From Clostridia bacterium (GTDB lineage: Bacteria > Bacillota > Clostridia > Christensenellales > CAG-138): 64,000 nucleotides of DNA. The position numbers were made by a program, and so were the translations under genes. Under the pieces are notes generated by a model. The model searched no databases. It saw only the letters and a list, made by a program, of their open reading frames with translations, and had not been told where the DNA came from. Below, piece after piece: positions 10,557 to 21,883 of this stretch. The stretch is taken from positions 41,991-105,990 of the forward strand of contig JAFWMS010000003.1 in the NCBI GenBank assembly GCA_017545535.1, written 5' to 3'. Position 1 is the stretch's first letter; each line of letters starts with the position of its first letter.

Positions 10557-11498
10557 ATGGATGTTGGAGCTTTCGTCAAATTCAAAAACGACGTCGTGAA
10601 AAACTGCAGCCGCATCATCGTCGGAAAGGACGAAGTGATCGAACAGCTGGCTGTTTGCCTTATCGCCTCCGGCCATGTGCTGCTGGAGGACGTGCCTGGA
10701 ACCGGCAAGACCATGCTGCTGCGGGCTTTTTCCCGCAGCATCGGCGGCGAGTTCCGCCGCATCCAGTTCACGCCCGACCTGCTGCCTTCCGACCTGACGG
10801 GCATCAACTTTTTCAATCAAAAGACAGGTGAGTTCGAATTCCGTCCGGGCCCTCTCTTTGCGCAGATCATTCTGGCGGATGAGATCAACCGTGCCACGCC
10901 CCGCAGCCAGTCCGCTCTGTTGGAGGTCATGGAGGAGAAACAGATCTCCGTGGACGGCACAAGCTACAGGATGACGGAACCGTACATGGTCATGGCCACC
11001 CAGAATCCCATCGAATCCTACGGCACCTTCCCGCTGCCTGAGGCACAGATGGACCGCTTCTTCATGCGACTCAAGCTCGGGTATATGACCCGCGAACAGG
11101 AGATCTCCGTTTTGCGCCGTCCCGATGCAAAGCAACTGTTGGAGGAGATTTTCCCCGTCGTCAGCAGCGAGGAGATCGAGGCCCTTCGCGTCGGTTTCAG
11201 CGAAGTCCGCGTCAGCGACGACATAGCCAACTACATCATGGATATCGTCAACAGCACCCGCACCAACGAAACGATCGCCAACGGCGTTTCCACCCGAGGC
11301 TCTCTGGCCCTGTACCGCGCAAGCCAGATCTATGCCGCCATGCAGGGTCGCGATTACGTCATCCCTGAGGATGTGAAGAAGGAGGCTCTCTGTGTCCTTC
11401 CGCATCGCATCATGCTTGTCAGCAGCAGCCATGCCGATTACACACGTTTTATCTCCAATTTGATCGAAGGTATCGAAGTTCCGTTGGAAAAGCTATGA
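10557..11498 (+). CDS. MoxR-family AAA+ ATPase
   Basis: Walker A GTGKT, Walker B ILADEINRA, and the MoxR-type VMATQNPIE...GTFPLPEAQMDRF. ATG 10557 has AGGAG 8 nt upstream, so it is preferred over TTG 10551. Confidence 0.92.
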   Translation: MDVGAFVKFKNDVVKNCSRIIVGKDEVIEQLAVCLIASGHVLLEDVPGTGKTMLLRAFSRSIGGEFRRIQFTPDLLPSDLTGINFFNQKTGEFEFRPGPLFAQIILADEINRATPRSQSALLEVMEEKQISVDGTSYRMTEPYMVMATQNPIESYGTFPLPEAQMDRFFMRLKLGYMTREQEISVLRRPDAKQLLEEIFPVVSSEEIEALRVGFSEVRVSDDIANYIMDIVNSTRTNETIANGVSTRGSLALYRASQIYAAMQGRDYVIPEDVKKEALCVLPHRIMLVSSSHADYTRFISNLIEGIEVPLEKL

Positions 11499-12535
11499 TC
11501 ACCTTACTTATATTTTTGGGCGTCGCTTTCATCCTTGTCATCGAAGCTGTCAGTCTATGGGGCAATACCCGTCAGCTGAAGGTGGAATTCGATTTGGATA
11601 CGACGCTCGTTGAACCGGGGGAGCTTGCGACGCTGTATTATACTGTCAGCAACCCCCATCGACTGCCGATACTGTATGTGGGCTTCTCTCTGTATTTCAA
11701 TCCGGATGTGACCGTCTGCGAAGATAAAGAGTTTTGCAGACTCCACGTCAGCATAGACAGTACGGGCACGAGCGTACGCCATCACTTTTTTCTGCTGCCG
11801 CACAGAAAGTTCAGCGGAAAAGTACATTTTTCGCTAAATAAGCGCGGGCGCACAGAACTTGGCCGATATTTCATAGACACAGGCGATTTCCTTGGCCTGT
11901 ATCCGATCATCGTCACAGATGCGATCTACAAAAAGATCATTTGCACGGCTGAAAAATGCAGCATAGATGAGCTTGCCTTTCCCGGCGGAGAGATCGGCAA
12001 TGTTTCCGTAAAGCGTTTTATCCTCGATGATCCCACGATGCTCCTGGGCTACCGCGACTATACTGGCCGTGAGCCCATGAAGCAGATTTCCTGGAAGCAG
12101 ACGGCAAAGGTCGGCAAATTGATGGTGCGCCAAAATGACCATACCACCGATCGGGTTGCCGTCGTTTTGGTAAACATGGAAGGTTCGCAGCGGTTGCTTC
12201 TGGAAAGTTGTTTGAAACTCGTTCGGACAGTCTGCGAACAGCTCGAAGAGGCGAAGATACCATACGAGCTGATGTCGAATGGAGATCTGTTTTCGATACC
12301 GGAAGGGATAGGCAGAGAACACCTGTTCCTGATCCTGCGTCGGCTTGGATTGTCGCGATTGGGCGGATTTACGTCCTTTAGCGACCTTGTGGAGCGCTGC
12401 GTGCGTCGTAGGCGCAGCAATTGCAGCTACATCGTGATCACGCCGATCATTGGGCCGGAGAGAAAGGCTCAGATAGATTATCTTGGCAGCCATTTGGACA
12501 GCCGTCCTATCGTATTGATCCCCAGTGAGGCGTGA
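11495..12535 (+). CDS. DUF58-domain protein (MoxR partner)
   Basis: N-terminal TM segment. DUF58-like core (YRDYTGREPMKQISWKQTAKVGKLMVRQNDHTTDRVAVVLVNME). ATGA overlap with the MoxR gene. Confidence 0.85.
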   Translation: MITLLIFLGVAFILVIEAVSLWGNTRQLKVEFDLDTTLVEPGELATLYYTVSNPHRLPILYVGFSLYFNPDVTVCEDKEFCRLHVSIDSTGTSVRHHFFLLPHRKFSGKVHFSLNKRGRTELGRYFIDTGDFLGLYPIIVTDAIYKKIICTAEKCSIDELAFPGGEIGNVSVKRFILDDPTMLLGYRDYTGREPMKQISWKQTAKVGKLMVRQNDHTTDRVAVVLVNMEGSQRLLLESCLKLVRTVCEQLEEAKIPYELMSNGDLFSIPEGIGREHLFLILRRLGLSRLGGFTSFSDLVERCVRRRRSNCSYIVITPIIGPERKAQIDYLGSHLDSRPIVLIPSEA

Positions 12536-12573
12536 ACCGATGCATGGTATCGAGCGAAAGAGGAGGTGAGAAC

Positions 12574-13899
12574 ATGAAAACAATAAGCGTATCGAGGCAG
12601 TATGCCCCATTGCGCGTTTGCGCTGACATATGCTTTTATTTTTACACGATCTCCCTTTTTTCGTTTTCTGTGCTGTATACGGCTTCAGATGAACAGGGCG
12701 TCTATGGGGTCGTTACCAACCTTATCGCGCCATGGTCTCTTCAGTTGGCGGTCCTGGTGGCTGCGTGTCTTGTCCTCGGGTTTGTTATCATACGTATAGA
12801 CAACATGGCGCTGCGCTTTCTTTTGTCGCTGTTGCCGGGGCTTAGTTTTCTGATGAGCCCTTTTCAGTTGATCCTGCTGATTCATGCCGCTGCGTGGATA
12901 TACTACGTCATAATACTGACGATCGGAAACTTCGAAATTCATCTCGACGTATACCGGCGGCGGATCCGCGTGATGCTTCTCGCCGCGTTGCTGCTGACGC
13001 TTTGTTTGATCATCTTTCATTTCGGCACCGACGACTGGTATAGCAAGAAGTTGTTTGGCGGAGAGATATACGGCCTGCTCTTTTTCGTGTTGGCCGTGCT
13101 TTCGCTGCGCGGCATGCGGTTGAGTCTTGGCGCCTCGAAGAAGATGAGGATACTGGACGGCACATATGTGGTTGTCTTGCCGGTGCTGCTCGTCGCCGCT
13201 TTCTTCCTGCTGCGCTTTACAGTACCCGCGATCACTTTTCTCTTCTCGCTTTTATCGCGCTTTTTGATCTGGGTGAGTCAGACCTTTTTTCCAGGAAGGA
13301 GAATGCCGGATATTTTCCATCCGCTGGAGGAGGAAGATGTCAATAAAGTGTTGAAAGAGGAAGGATCCCTTTCTTTGCCGTATGGAAATGACCAAAGGCC
13401 CGATGCAGAGTTGGTAGGCAGTGGAGCCCCTGTTCATTTTCATGTATCTATTCCCGTTGTTCTGTGCATCATGATCGCTTTTCTGGCTGGAGCTTTGATC
13501 CTTGTCGCCATCCGGCAGGCCAGCGGCAGACAGAAAAACCAGAAAAAACCCAGGCTCGTGGGCGAACGAATGGAAAGGGTGCCATTTGAAGGGCTGCTGC
13601 GCCATAGATCCGGCGATTCTGGGCTTCCCGTCCATGTCAGGCAGATCCGCAGGATATATCGCACCTATCTGGAGCATATCCGCTCCCTGCGCATGCGAAT
13701 ATCCATTTCCGACACCTCCAAGGATGTGCTGGATCATTCGTCGGCATATTTGGACTTGCCGGAGAACGAACGGCTGCGGGATCTGTACATCGCCGCCCGA
13801 TACGGCGACCCGAAAAAGGTCACCTCCGACCAGGCGGCTGAGGCCAAACGCTGCTTGTCCGCGATCGAATCGGCAAAGCCCTCTGCCATGGATGAGTAG
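12574..13899 (+). CDS. Polytopic membrane protein with DUF4129-like C-terminus
   Basis: About 8 TM segments, then RIYRTYLEHI...LRDLYIAARYGDPKKVTSDQAAEAKRCL, which resembles DUF4129 tails of MoxR/DUF58 operons. ATG 12574 has AGGAGG upstream, so it is preferred over 12532. Confidence 0.75.
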   Translation: MKTISVSRQYAPLRVCADICFYFYTISLFSFSVLYTASDEQGVYGVVTNLIAPWSLQLAVLVAACLVLGFVIIRIDNMALRFLLSLLPGLSFLMSPFQLILLIHAAAWIYYVIILTIGNFEIHLDVYRRRIRVMLLAALLLTLCLIIFHFGTDDWYSKKLFGGEIYGLLFFVLAVLSLRGMRLSLGASKKMRILDGTYVVVLPVLLVAAFFLLRFTVPAITFLFSLLSRFLIWVSQTFFPGRRMPDIFHPLEEEDVNKVLKEEGSLSLPYGNDQRPDAELVGSGAPVHFHVSIPVVLCIMIAFLAGALILVAIRQASGRQKNQKKPRLVGERMERVPFEGLLRHRSGDSGLPVHVRQIRRIYRTYLEHIRSLRMRISISDTSKDVLDHSSAYLDLPENERLRDLYIAARYGDPKKVTSDQAAEAKRCLSAIESAKPSAMDE

Positions 13900-13923
13900 C
13901 AGGACATCCTTCTGCTATTGCAT

Positions 13924-13960
13924 AAAAAAGGAGCCGCATCTGCGACTCCTTGCTGTTTTT
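13924..13960. terminator. Bidirectional terminator between convergent operons
   Basis: A-run, hairpin GGAGCCGCA..TGCGACTCC, then a T-run. It lies between stops at 13899 (+) and 13967 (-). Confidence 0.7.
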
Positions 13961-13966
13961 GGCTTT

Positions 13967-15067
13967 TTAGCTCTGCACCAGATACTCGGAGATGAACGCA
14001 TCCAGATCCCCGTCCATGACGGCCTGGATGTTGCCGTTCTCCACGCCGGTCCGGTGGTCCTTCACCAGGGTGTAGGGCTGGAACACGTAGGAGCGGATCT
14101 GGCTGCCCCATTCGATCTTCTTCATGACGCCCTTCAGCTCGGCCATCTGGGCCTCCCGTTCCCGCTCCTGGAGTTCCAGCAGGCGGCCCTTCAAAATGCG
14201 CATGGCCATCTCCTTGTTCTGCAGCTGGCTCCGCTCGTTCTGGCACTGGACCACGATGCCCGTGGGCAGGTGGGTGATGCGGATGGCGGAGGAGACCTTA
14301 TTCACATTTTGCCCGCCGGCGCCGCCGGAGCGGTAGGTGTCCACCCGAAGGTCCTCGGGATCGATCTCGATATCGTTGCTGTCGTCGTCGAAGATGGGCG
14401 TTACGTCCAGGGAGGAGAAGGAGGTATGCCGCCGGGCGTTGGCGTCGAAGGGGGAGATGCGAACCAGCCGATGCACGCCCTTTTCCGCCTTCAGATACCC
14501 GTAGGCGTTCTCTCCGTCCACCTCAAAGGTGACGGATTTGATGCCCGCGTCGTCGCCCACCAGGAGGTCTATCTCCTTTACGGACCAGCCCCGGCGCTCG
14601 CAATACCGGCGATACATGCGGTAGAGCATCTCCGTCCAGTCCTGGGCCTCGGTGCCGCCGGCCCCCGCGTGGAGGCTCAGCACGCAGTTATAGGCGTCGT
14701 AGGGCCCCTTGAGGAGCATCTCGAGCCGCAGGGCGCTGACCTTCTTTTCCAGTTCGTCCAGCTCTGTTTTGATCTCCTCGATGATGCTCTCGTCGTCCTC
14801 CTCCTCGGCCATCTCGATGAGGGTCTGGATGTCCTCCCGGTTACCGTTGAGCTTATTGAGCCGGTCCAGTTTATCCTTGATGCTCTTGACCCGCTGGGTC
14901 ACCTTGTTGGCGGCGTCCACGTCGTTCCAGAAATCGGCGGCGCTCATCTGCTCCTCCAACCCGTTGAGCTCTGTCTTCAGCTCTTCGGGACGCATCTGGG
15001 CGTTGGCCTGCTCCAGGGTCTTGCTGAGCTCCCCCAGCTTGAATTTATATTCGTCCAATACGACCAT
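13967..15067 (-). CDS. prfB: Peptide chain release factor 2 (uninterrupted ORF)
   Basis: 366 aa with the SPF tripeptide (RISPFDANARRHTSF) and GGQ (SGGAGGQNVNK). GGAGAG RBS. It starts 18 nt after the secA stop. Confidence 0.95.
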   Translation of the reverse strand: MVVLDEYKFKLGELSKTLEQANAQMRPEELKTELNGLEEQMSAADFWNDVDAANKVTQRVKSIKDKLDRLNKLNGNREDIQTLIEMAEEEDDESIIEEIKTELDELEKKVSALRLEMLLKGPYDAYNCVLSLHAGAGGTEAQDWTEMLYRMYRRYCERRGWSVKEIDLLVGDDAGIKSVTFEVDGENAYGYLKAEKGVHRLVRISPFDANARRHTSFSSLDVTPIFDDDSNDIEIDPEDLRVDTYRSGGAGGQNVNKVSSAIRITHLPTGIVVQCQNERSQLQNKEMAMRILKGRLLELQEREREAQMAELKGVMKKIEWGSQIRSYVFQPYTLVKDHRTGVENGNIQAVMDGDLDAFISEYLVQS

Positions 15068-15085
15068 CGTTCTTCTCTCCCTACT

Positions 15086-17839
<2,754 letters not shown>

Positions 17840-17877
17840 TTCTTATTTCTCCATACTTAGTCAATATGAAAGTGTAC

Positions 17878-17907
17878 CACAAAAATCCGCCTCCGTAAAG
17901 GGCGGAT
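17878..17907 (-). terminator. Hairpin plus U-run downstream of the small ORF and upstream of secA
   Basis: Minus-sense ATCCGCCC-TTTAC-GGAGGCGGAT followed by TTTTTGTGG. Confidence 0.6.
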
Positions 17908-17944
17908 AAGGGTTGCTAACAAAAGATTCACATGGTTGCCACGT

Positions 17945-18160
17945 TCAGCTTTTCAGGCGGCGGATGACCTCCCGCATCTTTTCCCGCTGGCGCTCGGAAA
18001 GGAAGGGGGAGAGGGTGTCATAGATCTCCTCCATGCGGGTGGGGCTCATCTCGCCTGTCTGCGCCTGCGCTCTCGTCATTTGGGCAAGCTCCGCCATCAG
18101 GGCGTCCTCGCTGCTGTGTTGCCGGGCGGATAGAAACCGTTCCATTTCTTCGGGCGTCAT
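17945..18160 (-). CDS. Hypothetical small helical protein
   Basis: 71-aa ORF with a strong GGGGAGGTG RBS 6 nt upstream. No family recognised. Confidence 0.55.
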   Translation of the reverse strand: MTPEEMERFLSARQHSSEDALMAELAQMTRAQAQTGEMSPTRMEEIYDTLSPFLSERQREKMREVIRRLKS

Positions 18161-18251
18161 ATGCTCACCTCCCCTTTGCTTTTATAGTATGCATTGGGCG
18201 TTCGCCTATGCCCAGGAACAAGACGGGCGGTGGGTCGCATAGAATAGAGGC

Positions 18252-18590
18252 ATGAACGGATATATGAATCAAAACCGACCCGACTGCTCCGGCGGCCCGC
18301 CTTCGCCGCCGCCCCATCCGCTGACCTGTGCCCTGGTCCTGGCCGAGCAGGTTCGGGCGGAGCGGGGACGATTGGGGGTGGAACAGTATGTGCGCTGCGT
18401 AGGCCCCCTGCTGCCGCCCACCCTGGCCGAGGAACTGTCCCGTCGGCTGGGGGTGCCTCTGCCTTCGCCGGCGACACCTCTCGGACCGCCGCCCGGTCCG
18501 CCGCCACCGCCACCCAAAAAGCCGCCTGACAGCGGCGGCCTGGATATGCAGCAGCTGCTGCGGATACTCAGCTGTATGGGGCGAAAATAA
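18252..18590 (+). CDS. Hypothetical proline-rich protein
   Basis: 112-aa ORF with GC3-rich codon usage like neighbouring genes. The RBS is weak. It fills an otherwise 510-nt gap. A PPPGPPPPPPKKPP tract is present. Confidence 0.4.
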   Translation: MNGYMNQNRPDCSGGPPSPPPHPLTCALVLAEQVRAERGRLGVEQYVRCVGPLLPPTLAEELSRRLGVPLPSPATPLGPPPGPPPPPPKKPPDSGGLDMQQLLRILSCMGRK

Positions 18591-18670
18591 AAAGGCAGCC
18601 TTTCAGATTGTTTTAGGTTTGGCGGGGTATCCTGCTCCCATAGAAACACGAACGACAGGAGCCAAGCACT

Positions 18671-19621
18671 ATGACACTGGAAAAAACGTTCCCCGCCATG
18701 GGGACATTGCACACCGTCACCATATTTGACGCCGAGGACCCCGGGGCGGCCGGCGATGCCCGGGCGTACCTGATGGAGCTCAATCGGGCATGGACCTGTT
18801 TTCAGACGGACAGTCAGATCTCTCGGATCAACCGGGCCGCAGGCAGGGAGGCCGTTTCCGTGGACGGGGACACTCTCCGCGTTCTGCAGCAGGCCCAGCG
18901 CTTTCAACAACTGACGGGCGGCGCTTTCGACGTGACCGTAGGCCCTCTGGCGGATGTATGGCGGCGAGCCATTCGACAGGGGCAGGTGCCTTCCGACGAG
19001 GCTGTCTGGGAGGCTCTGGAACTGGTGGACGGGCGGGACCTGACGCTGGACCAGCCTGGCCGAAAGGCCATGCTGCAAAAGCCGGGGCAGCGGATCGATC
19101 TGGGCGGCATCGCCAAGGGCTACGCCGCAGACGGACTGCGCCAGCGGCTGCGGCAGCGGGGCGTTCGCCGGGCGCTGCTGGACCTGGGCGGCACGGTGGT
19201 AACCCTGGGCTGCCGGCTGCCGGTGGGCATCCGGAACCCCTTCCGACCCGGCGGCGCTCCCCTGGGGACGCTGATGCTGGATGACAGCTGTGTCGTCACC
19301 AGCGGCGTATATGAGCGCTTCGTCTGCATAGAGGGCCGCCGCTATCATCACATCGTGGACCCGCGGACAGGCTTTCCCGCCCAAAGCGGCATCGTCTCCG
19401 CGTCGCTGGTGGGGCAGGACGGGACGGCGCTGGACGCCATGGCCACTGCGGCCCTGATCCTGGGACCGGAGCAGAGCGTGCCCCTGCTGGCGGCGCTTGA
19501 CATGGAGGCCGTCTTCGTCACGACCCATGGCCAGGTTTTCGTCACCAGGGGATTGAAGAGCATATTTCGCTTGTCGAGCAAACCCAATGCCAATATCGGC
19601 GCCGAGCAGAGCGTCGCGTAG
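18671..19621 (+). CDS. apbE: FAD:protein FMN transferase (ApbE family)
   Basis: 316 aa with ApbE motifs AMGT, IDLGGIAKGYAAD and HHIVDPRTGFPA. Confidence 0.9.
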   Translation: MTLEKTFPAMGTLHTVTIFDAEDPGAAGDARAYLMELNRAWTCFQTDSQISRINRAAGREAVSVDGDTLRVLQQAQRFQQLTGGAFDVTVGPLADVWRRAIRQGQVPSDEAVWEALELVDGRDLTLDQPGRKAMLQKPGQRIDLGGIAKGYAADGLRQRLRQRGVRRALLDLGGTVVTLGCRLPVGIRNPFRPGGAPLGTLMLDDSCVVTSGVYERFVCIEGRRYHHIVDPRTGFPAQSGIVSASLVGQDGTALDAMATAALILGPEQSVPLLAALDMEAVFVTTHGQVFVTRGLKSIFRLSSKPNANIGAEQSVA

Positions 19622-19634
19622 ATAGGAGGACATC

Positions 19635-21083
19635 ATGCAAGAGATCAAAATGAAAGTAGCCGCCCTCTGGGGACGGCTGGACAAGACCCAACTGCTGCGC
19701 CACGGGGTGCAGCTTATATCCTTCCTGTTGTTTCCCGGCCTGTTTTTGACCGTCTTTCACGCCCTCAAGGACGTGGTCGTGGCCCTTGTCAGCGGCACCT
19801 TCACCTTCGCCTCCGCATCGTCGAGCCTGGCGATTCTGGTCGTGATCCTGGGGGTGACGGCCCTGTGGGGTCGGTTCTTCTGCGGATATCTGTGCACCTT
19901 CGGGGCGCTGCAGGAGCTGCTGGCGTTCGCGGGAAGAAAGCTGCTGCCGGAGCTCAAAAAGGTGCCCGAAACCGGAGACAGGATCCTGAAATATGTGAAG
20001 TACGGCGTCCTCTTCTCCCTGGTCCTGTTCGTTTGGACCCTGCAGCTTCCCGTGGACAGCACCCTAAGCCCCTGGGGCGTGTTCGGCGCGCTGCTGTCGG
20101 GGAACCCTTCCGTCATGGCCGACGCCGTCCCCACCTTGGGCTTCGCCCTGCTGCTGCTTATCCTGATCCTCTCCCTGTTCGTGGAGCGGGCATTCTGCCG
20201 GTATCTGTGCCCCTTGGGCGCCTTGTTCACGCCCTTGTCTGCGGGCAGGCTTTTCCGCATTCGGCGTCTGGAAACGGCCTGCACCGGCTGTCAGGCCTGC
20301 ACCCGCAGCTGCGCCATGGGTGTCACCGTCCATGAAACCCCCTTCGTACGCTCCGGGGAATGCATCGACTGCATGCGCTGCCTGGGCGCCTGCCAGCCCC
20401 GGGCGCTGAAGACCCTTCCCGCGCCCGCCGTGGCGGGGACAGCCTCGGCATTGGCTCTGTGCGGCCTCATTCAGGTGGGCCGGGTCGCGGTGCCGGAGAC
20501 CGTGGAGCAGACCGCATCGGCGGCGGCCGTTCGCGTCGGTGACTATTCCGGCAGACAGGTGGTCTCCGCGGACGATTCCTCTCCGGCCGCCCGCTACGTG
20601 GACGGCGTTTACACCGGCACCGGCACCGGCTTCCGCGGCGCTATCTCCGCCCAGGTCACCGTGGAGAGCGGCCGTATCACGGACGTGACCATTCTCTCCA
20701 GCTCCGACGACAAAGATTTCTTCCAGCGGGCCCAAAGCGGCGTCATCCCCGCCATCCTTCAGGCCCAGTCCGTCAGCGTGTCCGCTGTCAGCGGGGCCAC
20801 CTATTCCTCCCGGGGCATCCTGGAGGCTGTGGCCGACGCGCTGCAGCTGGACGCCTCCGTCCTGCCCGAAATTACCGATACCCACGGTCGAAGCAAGGGA
20901 AGCGGCGCCAGGGGGCAGAAGGGCACCGACAGCACGGCTTCGTCCGGGGACGAAGCCGGCGGCAGCGGCCGCAAAGGCAAGGGCCAACGCCAGCCCGGCT
21001 CGGACCAGCAAAGCGGCTCCGACGCGGACCAAATCGGCCGTCAGCGCAGAACTAAGCAAAGCGGCGATACAGACAACGGATAA
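19635..21083 (+). CDS. NapH-like membrane polyferredoxin fused to a C-terminal FMN-binding domain
   Basis: TM segments with two CX3CP motifs (FCGYLCTFG, FCRYLCPLG). Two 4Fe-4S motifs (CTGCQACTRSC, CIDCMRCLGAC). FMN_bind-like domain with SAVSGATYSS. Low-complexity Gly/Ser/Lys tail. Confidence 0.85.
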   Translation: MQEIKMKVAALWGRLDKTQLLRHGVQLISFLLFPGLFLTVFHALKDVVVALVSGTFTFASASSSLAILVVILGVTALWGRFFCGYLCTFGALQELLAFAGRKLLPELKKVPETGDRILKYVKYGVLFSLVLFVWTLQLPVDSTLSPWGVFGALLSGNPSVMADAVPTLGFALLLLILILSLFVERAFCRYLCPLGALFTPLSAGRLFRIRRLETACTGCQACTRSCAMGVTVHETPFVRSGECIDCMRCLGACQPRALKTLPAPAVAGTASALALCGLIQVGRVAVPETVEQTASAAAVRVGDYSGRQVVSADDSSPAARYVDGVYTGTGTGFRGAISAQVTVESGRITDVTILSSSDDKDFFQRAQSGVIPAILQAQSVSVSAVSGATYSSRGILEAVADALQLDASVLPEITDTHGRSKGSGARGQKGTDSTASSGDEAGGSGRKGKGQRQPGSDQQSGSDADQIGRQRRTKQSGDTDNG

Positions 21084-21089
21084 CAAACA

Positions 21090-21115
21090 GCGCCGACGGG
21101 AGAACCCGTCGGCGC
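21090..21115. terminator. GC hairpin between convergent genes
   Basis: GCGCCGACGGG-AGAA-CCCGTCGGCGC, between stops at 21083 (+) and 21133 (-). The T-run is weak. Confidence 0.5.
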
Positions 21116-21132
21116 CGGGGTTTATAAAGGAT

Positions 21133-21870
21133 TTATGGGTTGCCCAGCACATGCCCCATGAAGTAGGGCAGCTGCTTTTTCCACCAGGGCCAGTCGTGGT
21201 TCACGTCATAACCCCAAAAGTCGGCCCAGTGAGGCACGCCCTTCTCCGTGAGGATGACGTCCAGGGCGTGGGAATCGGCCCGCATCTCGTCCTCCCAGGC
21301 GCCCTGTCCGCAGCAGAAGATGATGTTCCCCTGGCGGTACAGGTCCATCCAGGGATGGTCCGCGGGCATGTTGGGAAGAAAATGGATGGGTGAGTTGGCG
21401 TAGACCAGATCGTCCATATACCCCTTGAAAAAGTGGGTGGCGTCGAAGAGCCCGCTCAGCGAAATCAGCGTGTCGAACCGATCCGGCCGCCGGAAGAATG
21501 CGTTGGCCGCGTGGACCCCGCCCATGCTGCAGCCCGTGGCCATGGCCTTCTGGTCCCAGGGGAGATACTGGGGCAGCAACTCCTCCATGATGTAGTGGAA
21601 CCACCGCTCCTGCAGCTCGATCCGGTACCGGCCGTCGCCAAACTCGTCGGACCAGGTCTCCTCGTCGATGCTGTCCACCAGCAATATTTTCAGCCGTCCC
21701 GCCTCGATCCAGGGCCGTACTGTCTCCACCATGCCGAAGTTTCGAAAATCCCAGGTGTGCCCGTTCTGGGGCGCGAAGGCCAGGCACAGCTTCCCATCGT
21801 GGCCGATGAGGGCGTGCTCCATGTCCCGGTTCAGCAGGGGACTGTACTGTTTTTCATATCGTTCCCACAT
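21133..21870 (-). CDS. Esterase-family alpha/beta hydrolase
   Basis: Starts at MWERYEK (GGAGG RBS overlapping the upstream stop). GCSMGG nucleophile elbow. The longer track ORF to 22065 overlaps the upstream gene. Confidence 0.85.
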   Translation of the reverse strand: MWERYEKQYSPLLNRDMEHALIGHDGKLCLAFAPQNGHTWDFRNFGMVETVRPWIEAGRLKILLVDSIDEETWSDEFGDGRYRIELQERWFHYIMEELLPQYLPWDQKAMATGCSMGGVHAANAFFRRPDRFDTLISLSGLFDATHFFKGYMDDLVYANSPIHFLPNMPADHPWMDLYRQGNIIFCCGQGAWEDEMRADSHALDVILTEKGVPHWADFWGYDVNHDWPWWKKQLPYFMGHVLGNP

Positions 21871-21883
21871 GGTTCTGCCTCCT

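Noticed and set aside
13967-15067. Expected programmed +1 frameshift site (in-frame UGA near codon 25) in prfB.
   Set aside because: The ORF is continuous for 366 aa from an ATG with an RBS. Its N-terminus (MVVLDEYKFKLGELSKTLEQAN...) already covers the region normally encoded before the shift, so this prfB appears frameshift-independent.
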